64,000 nt of DNA, from assembly GCF_018977255.1 (NCBI RefSeq), contig NW_024704742.1, positions 6,016,001 to 6,080,000 of the forward strand, in the 5' to 3' direction. A program made the position numbers and the translations under genes. Under the pieces are notes generated by a model. It saw only the letters and a list, made by a program, of their open reading frames with translations, had not been told where the DNA came from and ran no database searches. The stretch is from Callorhinchus milii (Eukaryota). Shown piece by piece: positions 25,637 through 37,605 of this stretch (the first letter of the stretch is position 1; every line of letters begins with the position of its first letter).

Positions 25637-26545
25637 TTGGTTACTTAACCAACCGCCTCCACTTCATCTCGGCAAATGGTTTCTCCTCCCGCCCCCGCCC
25701 AGTAAGCTGCAGGGTACCCCAGGGCTCCATCCTTGGCCCCCTTCTTTTCCTCATCTATGTTCTCCCTCTGGGCTATGTCATCCGCAGACATGGGATAAAC
25801 TTCCACATGGATGACATTCAAATCTACTTTGCTTCCTCCAGTACCAACTCCAGGTCCGCCGATATTCTATCATCTTATCTGGTAGATATCAAGGCCTGGA
25901 TAAGTGCAAACTTCCAGCAGCTGCTGAAGATGGACAAGATGGATGCCATACTCCTTGGCTCCTGTCAATGTCTTGGCTCCTGCGGATCTAAACTCCTCAA
26001 TCTCCCTGGGCTTTCCCTCAGACTCACCGAACCAGTGCACAATCTAGGCGTTCAGTTCGACCCCCAGCTGTCCTTCCTCCCCCCACATCTGGTCCCTGAC
26101 CAGAACCGCCTTCCTCCAACTCCGCCACATTGCTTGCCTCCGACCGTATCTTCCCCAAATGCAGCCAAAACCCTCGTACATGCGTTTGTCACCTCCCACG
26201 TGGATTATTCAAACTCACTCCTTGCCGGTCTCCCAAATTCCACTGTTCAGAACTCTGCTGCCTACACACTGACCCTGACCGTACTCCATACCCCCATCTC
26301 ACCAGTTCTGGCCCAGGCTCCACTGGCTCCCCATCACCGAACGGGTCAACTTCAACATCCTCTCACACTCGTGTTCAAATCCCTTCACTCCCTGGCACCT
26401 CCCTACCTCCCCGACCTCCTCAATCCCCAATCCACCACCTGGTGCCTCTGCTCGACTGGCACCGGCCTCCTGCTTGTCCCTCACACCCTCTGCTCCATTA
26501 TTGGAGGTCGCGCTTTAAGCCACTATGTCCCACATTAACTGGGTC
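25637..26545 (+). mobile_element. L2 LINE ORF2 reverse transcriptase and C-terminus (pseudogenised)
   Basis: VPQGSILGPLLFLIY...HGINFH(M)DDIQIY...NLGVQFDPQLSF...LVHAFVTSHVDYSNSLLAGLP...VFKSLHSLAPPYLPDLL, with frameshifts and deletions. Confidence 0.92.
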
Positions 26546-26780
26546 TGGAATTAGTCAACTATCTTGAGTTGAGAAGACATCCTTTAATACCTCTGCCAAT
26601 TCCTGGGAACCCTGTAATCTTTCTGCCACATTTATTGATGAATTGACCTATTTGGCCTTTTATCTTCTATCCAATGTTTAAATATCTTTTAATAGTGTGG
26701 GATTCCTCTTGCTTATTTCTAGAATCCATCTTTCCATTATCTCCCTGTGTATCATAATGCTCAATAATGTAGTCATCTTG

Positions 26781-27270
26781 TGGAGTTGTGTAGCTCAGTG
26801 GTTAGAGCACTCGCCTCGCAAGCAAGGGACCTGAGTTCAATTCCCGGCAAGGCGAAACCTTGGGCAAGTTTCCTTATTCCACACGCCTGATAATAATCCC
26901 TTAAGAAAAAAAACACAATAGCAATTTGATCACTCAATCCACAACTGTTTGTGGGACACTCCTGTGCGCCCAGGCAGATTAAGTGAAACACTTTGAGATA
27001 TCTCGATGATGTGATAAGGTGCTGTTCAGGTGATTGCTAAAGATCCCATTGTACTATTTGGAAAGAGAAGGATTTTTCTCCCAGTATCCTAGCCAACAAT
27101 CCTTTTGATAAAATTGGTCTTTCACTTCTTAGCTGTTAGTAGGACATTTTTGTGCATAAATTGCCTGCCGTGTTTGCCTACAATACGCAATCACTAGACT
27201 TTACAGTGAATTCTGTGAAGCTGTGATGTTCTACTGACTTGAAAGGCTCTATATCAAATGCAAAAATTAT
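26781..27270 (+). mobile_element. tRNA-Ala SINE variant (26781-27020) fused to a Deu-SINE 3' half (27022-27270)
   Basis: Head with a CGC anticodon and a short body. After gtgataaggtg the sequence switches to the Deu core ctgttcaggtg...aaagatccca. Confidence 0.75.
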
Positions 27271-28254
27271 CAATAAAACATTCCCTTAAAAAAATTCCCT
27301 GGTCTTATGCTTTGGACCATGGTTTTAAACTTTAACTTTGAGCAGAATTGATATACTCTATGCATTCTTAAGTTGGAAGTTTGTTTTACGCAGCAGGCAT
27401 TTTCATGTAGGTATTCAGTTAATCTTGAGTTCCTTTTTGTTCCCGGTGCTCTTTGTTTGCTACACTTGATGCTTAGAGCCAAGTCCACGCAGGTGACATG
27501 TTTGGTGTCCAGTCTGCTACTCTTGGCCTCCTATCCCCACTTGGGTGAGAGCTAGGAGATGTCACTGATAGCTCAGTTGTATCTGTTCCCGACGATTTTC
27601 CTTCTCTTCCCTAGAAGAAAGAACAACTTCTAATTGAAAAGTCCCTGCCTGACTTGCCACAAATCAAGAATTGACTGGAGTGGAACTGAAATCTGCATTT
27701 GTAACTCTCCATTGCATTGAAGAGCAGATTCTCTGATCAGAGGGGAAGTTATCAACTTTACCTGTTCAGGCCTCTGATTCTATGCGGTCAGTAAATGACC
27801 ACCTTTTGTGTTATGAGCTTTTGAAGAACATTTCCCATTCCAAACTCAAACTGCCCTGGTCAATAAATGAACTGATAATGTGACTGCCAACGTTACACAT
27901 CCTCTGTGTATTAAAGCTTAATGCAACAAAATCTATCTCCACTTCTGGTGTCATTTGGAATTGAAGAGAGACTGGATGAGGCTTTGCTATGTTATTTCTG
28001 GGAATTATTCGAAGAGCTGCTCTCCAGTGCTGGTTTTTCTCAGACGATGGCAGACACACTCTCTACAGCAGGACAGATGTGGGGCTGCTATCTCTGAAAC
28101 ACAAAAAAAATGTCCACTGGTTTCCTGACATCCAATGGTGCAATTTGGATTCTAGGACACACTGGCTAAGATTCCAGGCTGGCTGGATTGTATGGGAACA
28201 TTAGATAGGTTGAGCTGGTGGACCAGGGGAATCGTCCACACATCTGCAGCGTTA

Positions 28255-28555
28255 TAGAACATAGAAACACAGGGACATAGAAACAGGAGTAGGCCATTCA
28301 GCCTCTCGACCCTGTTCTGCTGTTTTATAAGATCATGGCTGATCTGTACCTCAAGTCCAATTACCCGCCTTTGCCCCATATCCCTTGATACCCGACCTAA
28401 CAAATATCTATCCATCGTAGTCGCCAGAATGTGAATGAATCCAGCATCCACAACCTTTTGGGGGAGAGAGTTCCAGATTTCCACTACTCTTTGGGTGAAA
28501 AACTGCCGCCTGATTTCACTCCTAAATGGCCTGACTCTAATTTTAATATTATGCC
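28255..28555 (-). mobile_element. CR1 LINE 3' end
   Basis: FRSEIRRQFFTQRVVEIWNSLPQKVVDA, with the tail ggctgaatggcctactcctgtttctatg. Confidence 0.9.
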
Positions 28556-28869
28556 CGCAAAGAAGAGCAAAGGGCAAGAGTCAGAGGGCAGAAGGGAGGA
28601 AGGCATCTGTCTAACGCTGTCCACTGAGGAACTATATGTGGCATGGGTGTACGTTGAGGGAAAGTTCATATCAAAAAAGAAAACTGACTATTTCACAAAT
28701 ACACGAGAAATATATAACAAATTGTGTGGGAATTCCACAATTCTGCAGCTCTCTGGGTAAAGAGGAATGTCTTCTTAATTTGCTGCTTTACAGGCCTAGC
28801 TCTAAATTTTAGACCTTGTTCAGCTAATAGTCAAACACAAGTGATACAACTCACTGTTTTCACAAGGAA

Positions 28870-29146
28870 GAGATATTAAACCGAGGCCTCATCTGTCCGT
28901 TCAGGTGGACATTAAAGAGTTGCTCTCGGTTTCTTGGCCAACAAATCCCCCAAAATAAAATTGGCCACTCACTCCACGGCTGTTTGTGGGACATTGCTGT
29001 GCGCAAACTGGCCGTTGAATTTGGCTCACAAAATACACAGTCTAATCCAAGTCACAGTAAATCCTGTGAAGCGCTTTGAGACAATTCGATTACGTGATAA
29101 GGCGCTGTATCAAACGCAAGAATTATTATTATTATTATTATTTTTA
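28870..29146 (+). mobile_element. Deu core joined to a young-type SINE tail
   Basis: gagatattaaaccgaggcc...caggtggacattaaag, then gtttgtgggacattgctgtgcgc and (TTA)n. Confidence 0.75.
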
Positions 29147-29644
29147 TAAGGAAGCAGACTGTGTAAATGTGGTAAACCTGCTTGCTCTAGCCAGCCCCAA
29201 CTTGCCCTCTTTACCACAATTATAAATCCAGCATTTTCCCTTAATTCCTCCTGTAACCCACCGCGTTTTGAAAAGGCTCCCTGGTATATTTCAGAGACAG
29301 GTTTCTTCACTCCTCTTTATCTTTTTTCCTGATCTTACTGCTCCTACACGTGGCTCTGCTGGCAGACAGATCAAAGAGGACCACCAAGTGTGATGGCTGA
29401 TCTGTAAGATGCTTTTTATTTTTGGTTATTTTTTTAAAAAATTGAATTAAAAAAAAACTGTCTGAGCGTGTAGGTGCATTTGAAAATATCCATCGCTGAA
29501 ATCCACTGATCTGCCTCAATCCCCAACCGTTTATTATTTTTGAGTGATTTAATTCCTGGCACCTTATGGGACTTCCAGGTGTGCCGTAATGCTGTGGAGG
29601 GATACTTTCAAAGGATAGGGCTCGTATTTGGATTTCACAAGCAT

Positions 29645-29763
29645 CCCACAAAATATTCATTCAATTCACTTTACGGTATATTCTGTGAAGCGCTTTGAGA
29701 TGTCTCGAAGACGTGATAAGGCGCTATATCAAATGCAAGGATTATTATTATTATTATTATTAC

Positions 29764-29796
<33 letters not shown>

Positions 29797-29797
29797 C
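29645..29797 (+). mobile_element. SINE tail with a long (TTA)n microsatellite
   Basis: aagcgctttgagatgtctcgaagacgtgataaggcgctatatcaaatgcaagg followed by (att)n. Confidence 0.9.
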
Positions 29798-30589
29798 CCA
29801 CAATCTATTTGGTAACAGAATCTCTCGGAAAGAATGTCGCCCCTCCCCAATCTGAAATCGTAACGGACAGTTTTGTAAATTAGATATAAATGTAAATGAC
29901 TCCAACGGCAAATGTCTGGCAGCTAATTAAATTCCACATTTTATTTTCACTCAGTGCTAATTGCAGTTTTTAGAGAAGTAAAGGAGGGAGCAGCGGGTTA
30001 CAGCGGAAAGCCTTAAGAATGTAAGCACAGTGCACGATCACCATAAACAATGAATCAATGTGATTAAAGTCTGCACAAATGAAAAGGGAAAATGTAGGCT
30101 GCAAATTGCCAAATTTTAATAATTAGGACTGCCTTTGTAGTTTTTCTTGTACACGTTTTATCAATCGGAAGAGACCGGAGACTGCTGTTTTTTTTTTAAA
30201 AAATCCAGTGTTGTAGCTCTGTGCAGCAATTAAAAGTTGTTGTAAGTTAATAATTATTAACAGAAACTCGCATCTTAATTTTCACTTGGGTTCAGAGAAG
30301 CTGTATTTCAGGGCAGTGAAGGTGCTACAAAAGTTTAGCACCCAAATCCCAATTAGAAAGTCGCATGTGTAGGGCTCCTTAGTTGGAAAGTGCCATTGAG
30401 TGATAGGATGTGTTTTGTTTCCCCCTATGTCTCCTTCACCCTCATTTTCCCACATTGTGAGTTCACAGTCTTGGGAAGTTACTTGTAGAAAATACCAACT
30501 GAAGTCAAAGTTGTTCAGCGGAGGGAGAGCAGATCAACTACCAGACACCTACATACTACCAAGCAACTCGTTTGAGGCTTCAAGACAGA

Positions 30590-30748
30590 TAATAATAATA
30601 ATAATAATCCTTGCGTTTGATATAGCGCCTTATCAGGTCTTCGAGAAGTCTCAAAGCGCTTCACAGAATATACTGTAAAGTGAATTGACTGTATATTTTG
30701 TGGGCGAAACACGGCAGCCAATTGCGCACAGAAGTGTCCCCACAAACA
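30590..30748 (-). mobile_element. tRNA-Ala SINE, 5'-truncated
   Basis: Inverse tail. Confidence 0.9.
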
Positions 30749-30837
30749 GATGATCCTTGGCTGAAAATGTTTGTATGGTGCAGTGCATGAGAGGAGAGGG
30801 AGGGAGGTAGCAGGGAAATAAAAAGTGAGAGACGTCT

Positions 30838-31047
30838 TATCTCACCTTGTCCTACCCTGTAAAACCATTCCGTCTTAAGATGTGAAATTGTGCAGAATTA
30901 TGGAATATTCTTGAATTCATTTTAATTTGGAGGCTGATTTTCTGCCTTCCTTTAACAGAACCAATTTCCAATTTGAGACAGAATTTAGGAATTTTCCAAA
31001 ATTCTGCACTGTACTAAACTGAAAAAAAAGTGATCTTATAGTAGGGT
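30838..31047. mobile_element. Palindromic MITE-like element, copy 4
   Basis: caccttgtcctaccctgtaaaaccattccgtcttaag aligns to the left arm of copy 3. Inner inverted arms gtgcagaatt / aattctgcac. Confidence 0.55.
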
Positions 31048-31571
31048 CTTGTATTCTGTAAAGCAAATCCAGGGACATATTGAAATATAGTTGAACTCAT
31101 CACAATTGCCGATGCTGACAGAAATGGAGAAGCGAATTGGATTAACGGCTGTATTTATTTCTTTGATCGCTGTATCTGTATTAGAATGCTATTGCTCCTG
31201 CTCAGTTTGTTGCTGAACACAAGACAGCGCAAATTTGGTCAGGAGGACACTACCTCAACTGTGGACTGTACCCGGAAATCGGGGATATATGATCACCCTA
31301 TCTGACAGGCTAAGACTAGAATTTGTAAGCTCCCAGGTTGTCTGTCACTTCATCCTCCTTGCCAATCTGACAACCTACCATTGCCAAGGCGAGTATGTGA
31401 TTTTACACTGCGGTGGACATCCAGCTGAAGGAAGGTGTTAGAATCACAGGCCTTTAGAGCAGGACCATTTCACAAAAAAAGGAAAAACAAACTTAAAAGC
31501 TGTTTCTTATAAGTACATTTGCCACAAACAGACCGTTGGAGTCATGCATCTTGTGACAATTTCTTTGCAAC

Positions 31572-31938
31572 AATAATAATAATCCTTGCATTTTGATATA
31601 GCGCCTTATCACGTCTTCGAGACATCTCAAAGCGCTTTGCAGAATATACTGTAAAGTGAAGTGACTGAATATTTTGTGGGTGAAAAGCGGCAGCCGATTG
31701 CGCACGGCAATGTCCCACAAACAGTCGTGGATTGAGTGATCAATTCTTTTTTTTTAAGCAATTATTTCGCCCGGAAAAGCGATCCGCCAATTGACTAACA
31801 ACCGGGTTCTTACTTACTGCTGGGCAAACAGAGGCGTGTGGAGTAAGGAAACTTGCCCAACGTTTCACCCTGCCGGGAACCGAACCCAGGTCTCTCGATT
31901 GCGAGGCGAGTGCTGTAACCACTGAACTGCAGGACTTC
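31572..31938 (-). mobile_element. tRNA-Ala-derived SINE, long subfamily
   Basis: Full-length inverse copy with anticodon loop CTCGCAA. Confidence 0.92.
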
Positions 31939-32072
31939 ATGTGACAATGTCATAAGTTCTTCGCATTACTTAAACTCAATGGCAATTTTGTTGTACATTT
32001 CTTCTTTCTCTGTGCTAGTGATTGAAATCATATGGAACAATGTAGACCAAACACCCTCAGATTGGTGGTTTG

Positions 32073-32260
32073 AGGGAGACTGTGTGGTGCAGTCAAACAT
32101 GTCCTTTAATCTCAAGTCTTCAAGGGATGAAAGTCTCCTCTCTTTGCTGACAGTCAGGCCCCAATTGAAATCTGGTCAGGCTGAATCCAGTTCTGGTGGG
32201 CACAAATCCACACCGCAGGAAACCCCACAAACTGGCACCAAATTGGCAATGAATGTGTAG
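32073..32260 (+). mobile_element. LF-SINE-related ancient SINE fragment
   Basis: gggatgaaagtctcctc...ccagttctggtgggcacaaatccacacc...actggcaccaaattggca resembles recalled LF-SINE CCAGTTCCTAGTGGACAGGTGTCCACATC...ATTGGCACTAATTGGCA. Confidence 0.55.
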
Positions 32261-35200
32261 CTGCAAGCCAGTGATCTCCTTCTAAACATGCAGATAGATA
32301 GTGTCCTGTATTTTCTTTTTGAACTCATCATTGGTGTAGCAAAGGGATGCTTTTCTCAGATGGCTGTACGAGATGGGGATGAGTGCAAACGATGCAAGTC
32401 ATTGAGAAAATGCAGCAAACAGAGCAATATTTTTGCTCTCTCTCTCTCTCCATCTAATGTGTTCCACCCCCATTCAATTCCTGCCCTGGAAATACTTGAT
32501 GCTGCCACTTGGTGGAATGTATGTGGAAATGTGTTCCTCAACAACGAGAATCCTTCTCGCTGAATTCACCCCATATATGGTTTATTTTCCCTCAAAATGA
32601 GAGGCTGCTGGTTTATCAAGAAGGTTTATGTACTTGTGTGTTACAATTTAGGCTAGCAGGGGCGATGGCAGACGTAAGCCAGCCTAACCTGTCTGTCAGG
32701 GGAAGATTTGTGATGGAGGAACACCAGAAGGAAGAGAGGAGATGAGTTACAAATTTGCAAAAATTTCGAATTAAAGAATGTAAATTTTTTTTTTATCTCC
32801 ACGTTTGTCAGAATATGAAAGGTTTCTGAGTTGAAATCCAAATGCTATTGGATTATTACACAGTCCTAATATTTAAAACGAGTGGATTATGAAAGAGTTG
32901 AGCACTTGCATCCCACTCAGATCTGCTCCGAGTGCCAGGGCTGCTTATCACTGGGGTCCATCTGGCACTGTTGGGAGGGACGTTTGTCAGTTCTTGGCTG
33001 CATTGCTAGATACAGAGGCTCGCTTCAGCGGGATGTTCTGTCTTGGGGCAAACTTGGCACGGCAATCTCATCCGGCACAACCACACTTGCCCTCGGCTGA
33101 TTACAGAAAGGGATTGACACCAGTCAAGGAGTTGTCTGTCGCCCAGACTTGCCCGCCTTCGCAGCTGAAAGAGGCTGTGTGTGCTGGTTGAGCTGCTCCT
33201 GGGTGCGAATATAGTAGATAAATATAACCTACATTTATTAATAAATAATAATAATGGATTAACAAGATCAACATTAACAAGACACAGATGCGCCTGGTCC
33301 AATAATACGTGTCACACCAGATCTACAATAGTGCAACTGAAATTAATACGTTGTCAGGTTTGAATTTTGATTGGTACAGCATAATCCAACTGATAAATGA
33401 ATAATGAAGGCAGTCGCTGTACCTCTATGTTTGCTTATTCCTCAGAGCTTGTGGCATCATCCGCACACAATTGTACACGGTTTTATTTCAAAGTGCGTTC
33501 TACTTCAGGGCTTGGAATGTTCTGGTCGGAGAGAATTATTACTGCCATAGAAACGAGGATTTAAGATGCAGCTTTCCTCTTAATGCTATCATTTTGGTGC
33601 ATCTTCATTACAGTATAATGTCAAAAAAAAAAGTACGGTAGTAGAATGAATGCCACGCTCCGAGCCCTTGGATTTAGTGCAAATTATTACCGACCGTAGA
33701 TGACTGATAAATATTTCATATCAAATATTTAGATTATTCTTTACAATTTGGAGGGCTTTAATACACTCCCCCGCAGTGAGTTTCTCTTAACAATGGCCTT
33801 GACGTAAGTGCTTTTCCACCTAAGAAGATGAGCCGCAACACGATCCTGCTGCCATAGCAGCAAGAATACTGCTCAGTTAATCGCAAATAAAGGCAACGTT
33901 AAGACGATGATGGTGGGGGAAGGGGAGACGGATTAAATACAATGTAAAATCACGAATTCCTCTCGCTACCAGCACAAAAATAATTAATGTACATTTACAT
34001 CACAACCCCGCACACCACCCCCCCCATCCCACCATCCCACCTCCTCTCAAATAACCGCTTTCCGATCGCAAAGGTAATTGAAAGCGACAGGTCAAAGGAA
34101 ATTACCAACTAGCAATTTTTTTAGTGATATGGAAAGCCCTATGCTTATGCTTTCCAATTATCTTATGCCTCGTGGTTGCCTGATGGTTGGACATGAGCTG
34201 CCGCTACAGAAATGTGCTGTAAAAAGAGAAGTTAGAGATGACTGACAGGCATCCGTCCCAGTGGAGCTCATTAGAGCACAGAAAAACCTGATGGGCAAAA
34301 GCACCTCGATACCAGTATCTTCGATGAATTCATTTTCTCACTCTCATACATCACTGGAAGCCCTTTATTTCTAGCAAGGCATTTTCTGTTGTACAAGTCG
34401 ATGGTGCGTTGCACCTTAATGCATTCTCGCCAGCAGAGCTTGAAGCTCAAACTGCACAGGCACAAAGACGACGAGCCTGTAGACTTTGGCTATCCAATGC
34501 AAACACGCTACTAGCTTTGCAAAATAGCCACTGTTGAAGTATATACAATGTGCATTTGGAGGCAGTTAGATAAATGACTTGGTTGGAGCTTTCGAAATTT
34601 GGAAGATGGTGAGGCTATCAGAGCTTGAACGTAGCAAAGCTGCCTTTCACTTTTAATGGTTTATGGCCGCGAAAATGGAAAGTAGGTTGTTTTGCAACCA
34701 GTACAACCACATGCTACCTTTTCAGACAGAAGATGAACTCACACTCATTCAGCAAGGTTGCGGTTTCACACAGTCAAGACCCATTTTTTTCAACAAGATA
34801 TCAACAGCGTCTTTGAGACAGGAAGCATTTAGCTCTGAATGACCTGAGGATAATAATGGTGCTTTATATTATATTTTATGATATTGTATAATATTATATT
34901 ATATATTGATATTAAACATCCCCAAAATAGTCTGTCAACAGAAATTCCTCTTTCCGGGTAATAGGAAGACTCAACATTTTATTTTGTAGGTCAAAGAGAA
35001 AGTAAACATTAAGAAAAGAAGAGTTAATATCTTGTAAAATGGAGAATGTTTCAATGATAAGTAAGTAAAAGGATTTGGGCATCAACAAGTGACGAAAGCT
35101 AAAGAGTAGAGGATTCAAAGCTGCTTTACAAGGAAGAAAAGGATTCTGTGTCAGAAGCTAAGGCAAACACTTTCTCTGTGAAACGTGGGACATTTTCAAG

Positions 35201-36702
35201 CTGAACTTTGGTCCGATCTCGTCACAGACAATGGTATATTCATGAGGATAACAGTTTTGCAGTTATATAGCAAGGCACTGCCCTCAGAAGAAAGCCTTTG
35301 GAGTAGAGTTCATTTCTGAAGAAGGAGACTGGTTTCTTCTGTGCCAGAACAATGTGGCTTTGTTACTATTCTCAGTTGCTCTCACTGTGCAGCCCAAGAG
35401 GTCATGTTGGAGGAGCCAGTTTTCACGAAAAGGAAGTGTTTGTAGCGTGTTTGAAGACATTCGCTCTCTTAGCAATGGTTTCAATCATTAAAAACCAAGT
35501 TCTAGTGGTGCAGTTAGGAACATACCGGAAACATAACCATTCTCAGTAGGTAGACAGATCCTTTAATACTTTATATGAAGAACGGAACATTAAATTGGCC
35601 CGTTTGATCAGCTTGAGCAACCCGTTCTTCAGAAACGGAAATAGAAATTTACCAAAGAAAGAAACGTTTTTCTCTTCCTTGTTATTCTCAAGGTCGCTAA
35701 GAATCCTTTCTCTATTGATGGAAAATGGCTGCTCACCTTGTTTCCCTCATGAAGGAAGGATTGATGATGCTCACTGACACTTGCGTCAGAGCATTCACAT
35801 CTGGGAGAATGAACTTGTCTGTATCAGAAACATGATATTTTGCTCACGTGAAAGGAAGTTGTATATCCAGTCCATTGTTTCGTTATTGGAAAACCCTTTG
35901 CATCTCATGTTATCATAATAAAATATATTATTTTATATATCAATATTTGATATATATTTTATATATTATTATTCTATATCAAATGGAAGGATTATTATTA
36001 TTAATTGGGGAATATGGCAACTAATCTGTGCACAGCAATATCCTGCAAACAACCATGTTATACTATACAGTGGAGAGGCAAGATGTACTTATCTGGGAAG
36101 AAATGCTCACTTTGTCAGTGCAGTAGTTATCTTTTAAAAAACTAAGAAAGCTGCTTTTTAATTTTAAAGGAAAATATTTTGTCATCAAACAATAGAGCAA
36201 GTAAGTAAACTAATGAGCTGAATTCCTTTGTTGCTTTTCTGTTATACTCTAAGCATTTTGTTGAACAAGCAATGTGCTTGTATGTCCTCATGTATCTTCT
36301 TCAGATAGCGTGGTTCACCCAGTGAATAGCACCAACAATATCACATAACACTCTGAAGGTGACCTGGCATAGTCAGTTTCCCTTTCCTGAATTGCTCCTT
36401 TTCCTTAGCAATTCAGCAGGGAACGACACTCTTCAACCACTCAAATAAGTCAAGAAGCCGAAATCCGGATTACTGTTGAGACTGAGACCTTAGGTCTCAC
36501 AGTTGAGAGGTTTGTTAAGTGAATGTAAACCTCCTGAGTGTATAAAGCCCTATCCATAATGTGGAAATGAAGGGAAACAGCTGTTATATCAGTGGATGGG
36601 AGGATACCTTCCTGAATGTGCCGTTTCTTACACTATTCTTTACAGATAAAGTGAGGAATGGTATTCCTTGTTTTAAAAATACTACTGCTCCTGCAACGAA
36701 TG

Positions 36703-37008
36703 ATATTCCTTGCATTTGATGTAGTGCCTGATCACGTCATCGAGACGTCTTAAACCGCCTCACAGGAAAGTGGATTGACTGTGTATTTTGTTGGCGAAAC
36801 TTTTGATTACAAGTTACGCTGGACTGCATATGAGGGCATGAAGCCACGACTGTTTGTGGGACATTGGTTTTGCATTTGGCTGTCGCGTTTTGCCCACAAA
36901 ATATACAGTCAATTCACTTTACGGTAAATTCTAGGAAGTGCTTTGAGACGTCTCGAAGCCGTGAGAAGGCCCTCTATCAAATGCAAGGATTACTGTTATT
37001 ATTATTGT
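36703..37008. mobile_element. Divergent pair of truncated SINE tails (minus 36703-36800, plus 36843-37008)
   Basis: The same tail in opposite orientations with a spacer of about 40 bp. Confidence 0.8.
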
Positions 37009-37605
37009 TGTGAACATGAAGATGGACCTTATCGGCTCAGACCAAAGTAGGTTTTGAGTCACCTCCTTCAACAGCACAGACACATTGAAGTTCCTCTTGC
37101 TCAGGCCTGCCGGAGCCCAATATTTCTATTCACACAGCTTGCTTTAAACGTAGCTACAGGGTTAGTCTGAAGAGCTATATAACCATTCAGAAGCAATTCA
37201 ATTTGGGATAAATAAGAAAAAAAGCTGTCAGTAAATTCACAGTTGAAAGCCCTGGACAAGCAGCTGACAGTGGCTAATTGAAATCACGACTAGTTGTGGA
37301 GAAAGTTGGTTCAGGGAAACATGTTTGTACTTCTTCTCATCTGAGAGAAATGTTTCTCTTGTTGAGGAAGCAGGGTGCAATGTCAATGGCGGCAGACTCC
37401 TTAGCGTTCTGGAATAATCTTGTCTAATTTAATAGAAGCAAAAACAACAGTTGAGCTTCAGGAGATCTGACCCAAAAGCAGAAAAGCTACAATTCACAGA
37501 AGGTATAAATAGTATCCAAAAGAATAAATGTCAGAAGCAGAGCCTTCAGGTGAAACCTTTCAACAGACCAGTTCAATGCTGGGCTGGAGAACATTCACTC
37601 CAGTG

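Larger units (their letters stand above)
24925..26760 (-). mobile_element. Old CR1 ORF2 in three pieces (24925-24985, 25410-25620, 26545-26760)
   Basis: The minus strand gives pre-RT linker-like sequence, then QEMREEMDKVLVNIFRSFINIRIVSEVWKRAHV, then SGNYRP, in the correct order. It is interrupted by an L2 and a SINE. Confidence 0.65.

Noticed and set aside
25807..26538. 243-aa ORF as a host gene
   Set aside because: It is an L2 RT fragment with internal frameshift-derived sequence and a disrupted YADD motif.
36076..36097. miR-31-like start AGGCAAGATG (also a miR-429-like TAATACTGTC at about 55217)
   Set aside because: The match is limited to about 10 nt and no precursor hairpin is evident.
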